From positions 160,001 through 224,000 of the forward strand of contig JAKPMO010000004.1 in NCBI GenBank assembly GCA_029548865.1: a stretch of 64,000 nucleotides of DNA, read 5' to 3'. How positions within the stretch are numbered: position 1 is the first letter of the stretch; each line of letters starts with the position of its first letter. The position numbers and the translations under genes were made by a program. Below are positions 63,753 to 64,000 of the stretch, in pieces. The notes below the pieces were generated by a model, which was not told the origin of the DNA, ran no database searches, and saw nothing but the letters and a program-made list of their open reading frames with translations. The DNA is from Caldisericota bacterium (GTDB lineage: Bacteria; Caldisericota; Caldisericia; JAAYUI01).

Positions 63753-63844
63753 GGGAGCGGTTGGGCTCTGGTGGGCCTCCTGGACTTCAAATCCAGTGTG
63801 GGGTGAACTCCCCGGGTAGGTTCGATTCCTATGCGCTCCCGCCA
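63753..63844 (+). tRNA. selC: tRNA-Sec (TCA)
   Basis: CTGGA-CTTCAAA-TCCAG anticodon arm, 6-bp D stem with TGGT loop, long variable arm, G73 plus CCA. Confidence 0.95.
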
Positions 63845-63863
63845 ATTACACTAGAGGTGAAGC

Positions 63864-64000
63864 ATGAACATCATTGTGATTGGTTGTGGAAGGGTCGGTT
63901 CGGCGCTTGCAACCATATTGTCTGTGGACGGTCACAACGTTTCAGTTATAGATGAAGACGAGTCTGCATTTGACAAACTTCCTCAAAGTTTTTGTGGTAA
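63864..64000 (+). CDS. trkA: TrkA-family NAD-binding (RCK) protein, truncated by window end
   Basis: GAGGTG SD, MNIIVIGCGRVGSALA..L...GHNVSVIDED. Confidence 0.8.
   Translation, partial: MNIIVIGCGRVGSALATILSVDGHNVSVIDEDESAFDKLPQSFCG

Noticed and set aside
63663..63955. ORFs 63663..63845 (-) and 63761..63955 (+)
   Set aside because: Overlap tRNA-Sec and the trkA start; spurious

Overview
Core-genome window of an anaerobe-like bacterium. Copper-amine-oxidase 'stalk' surface proteins and the gene mix suggest Caldisericota, which is inference only. No mobile elements or CRISPR arrays were seen. Main contents: (i) a ~17.7 kb minus-strand run joining an 11-subunit complex I-like cluster (nuoABCDHIJKLMN, no nuoEFG) directly to an ATP synthase with N-ATPase-like parts (atpQ, atpR, b-delta fusion) in F-type gene order; (ii) a ~23 kb minus-strand run of tightly coupled genes (radical SAM/SPASM, pheST, polX, mutS2, DUF4388, MglA-like GTPase, TPR-CofE fusion, tldD/pmbA, alr, a surface protein, NTP transferase, uppP, recG, ABC-F); (iii) two Roadblock/MglB proteins, a pseudouridine synthase, rnhA, rho, tRNAs and hpf-secA-prfB-selB-selC. 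Top finding: the ORF caller truncated the surface protein at 28160..30331. Read through an in-frame UGA it becomes a 777-aa exported protein with a signal peptide, a thioredoxin/Omp28-like U-x-x-C motif and a SECIS-like hairpin, i.e. a probable unannotated cell-surface selenoprotein, with selB and tRNA-Sec in the same window. Also seen: the prfB +1 frameshift, several leaderless genes and a bias toward 16-bp promoter spacers.
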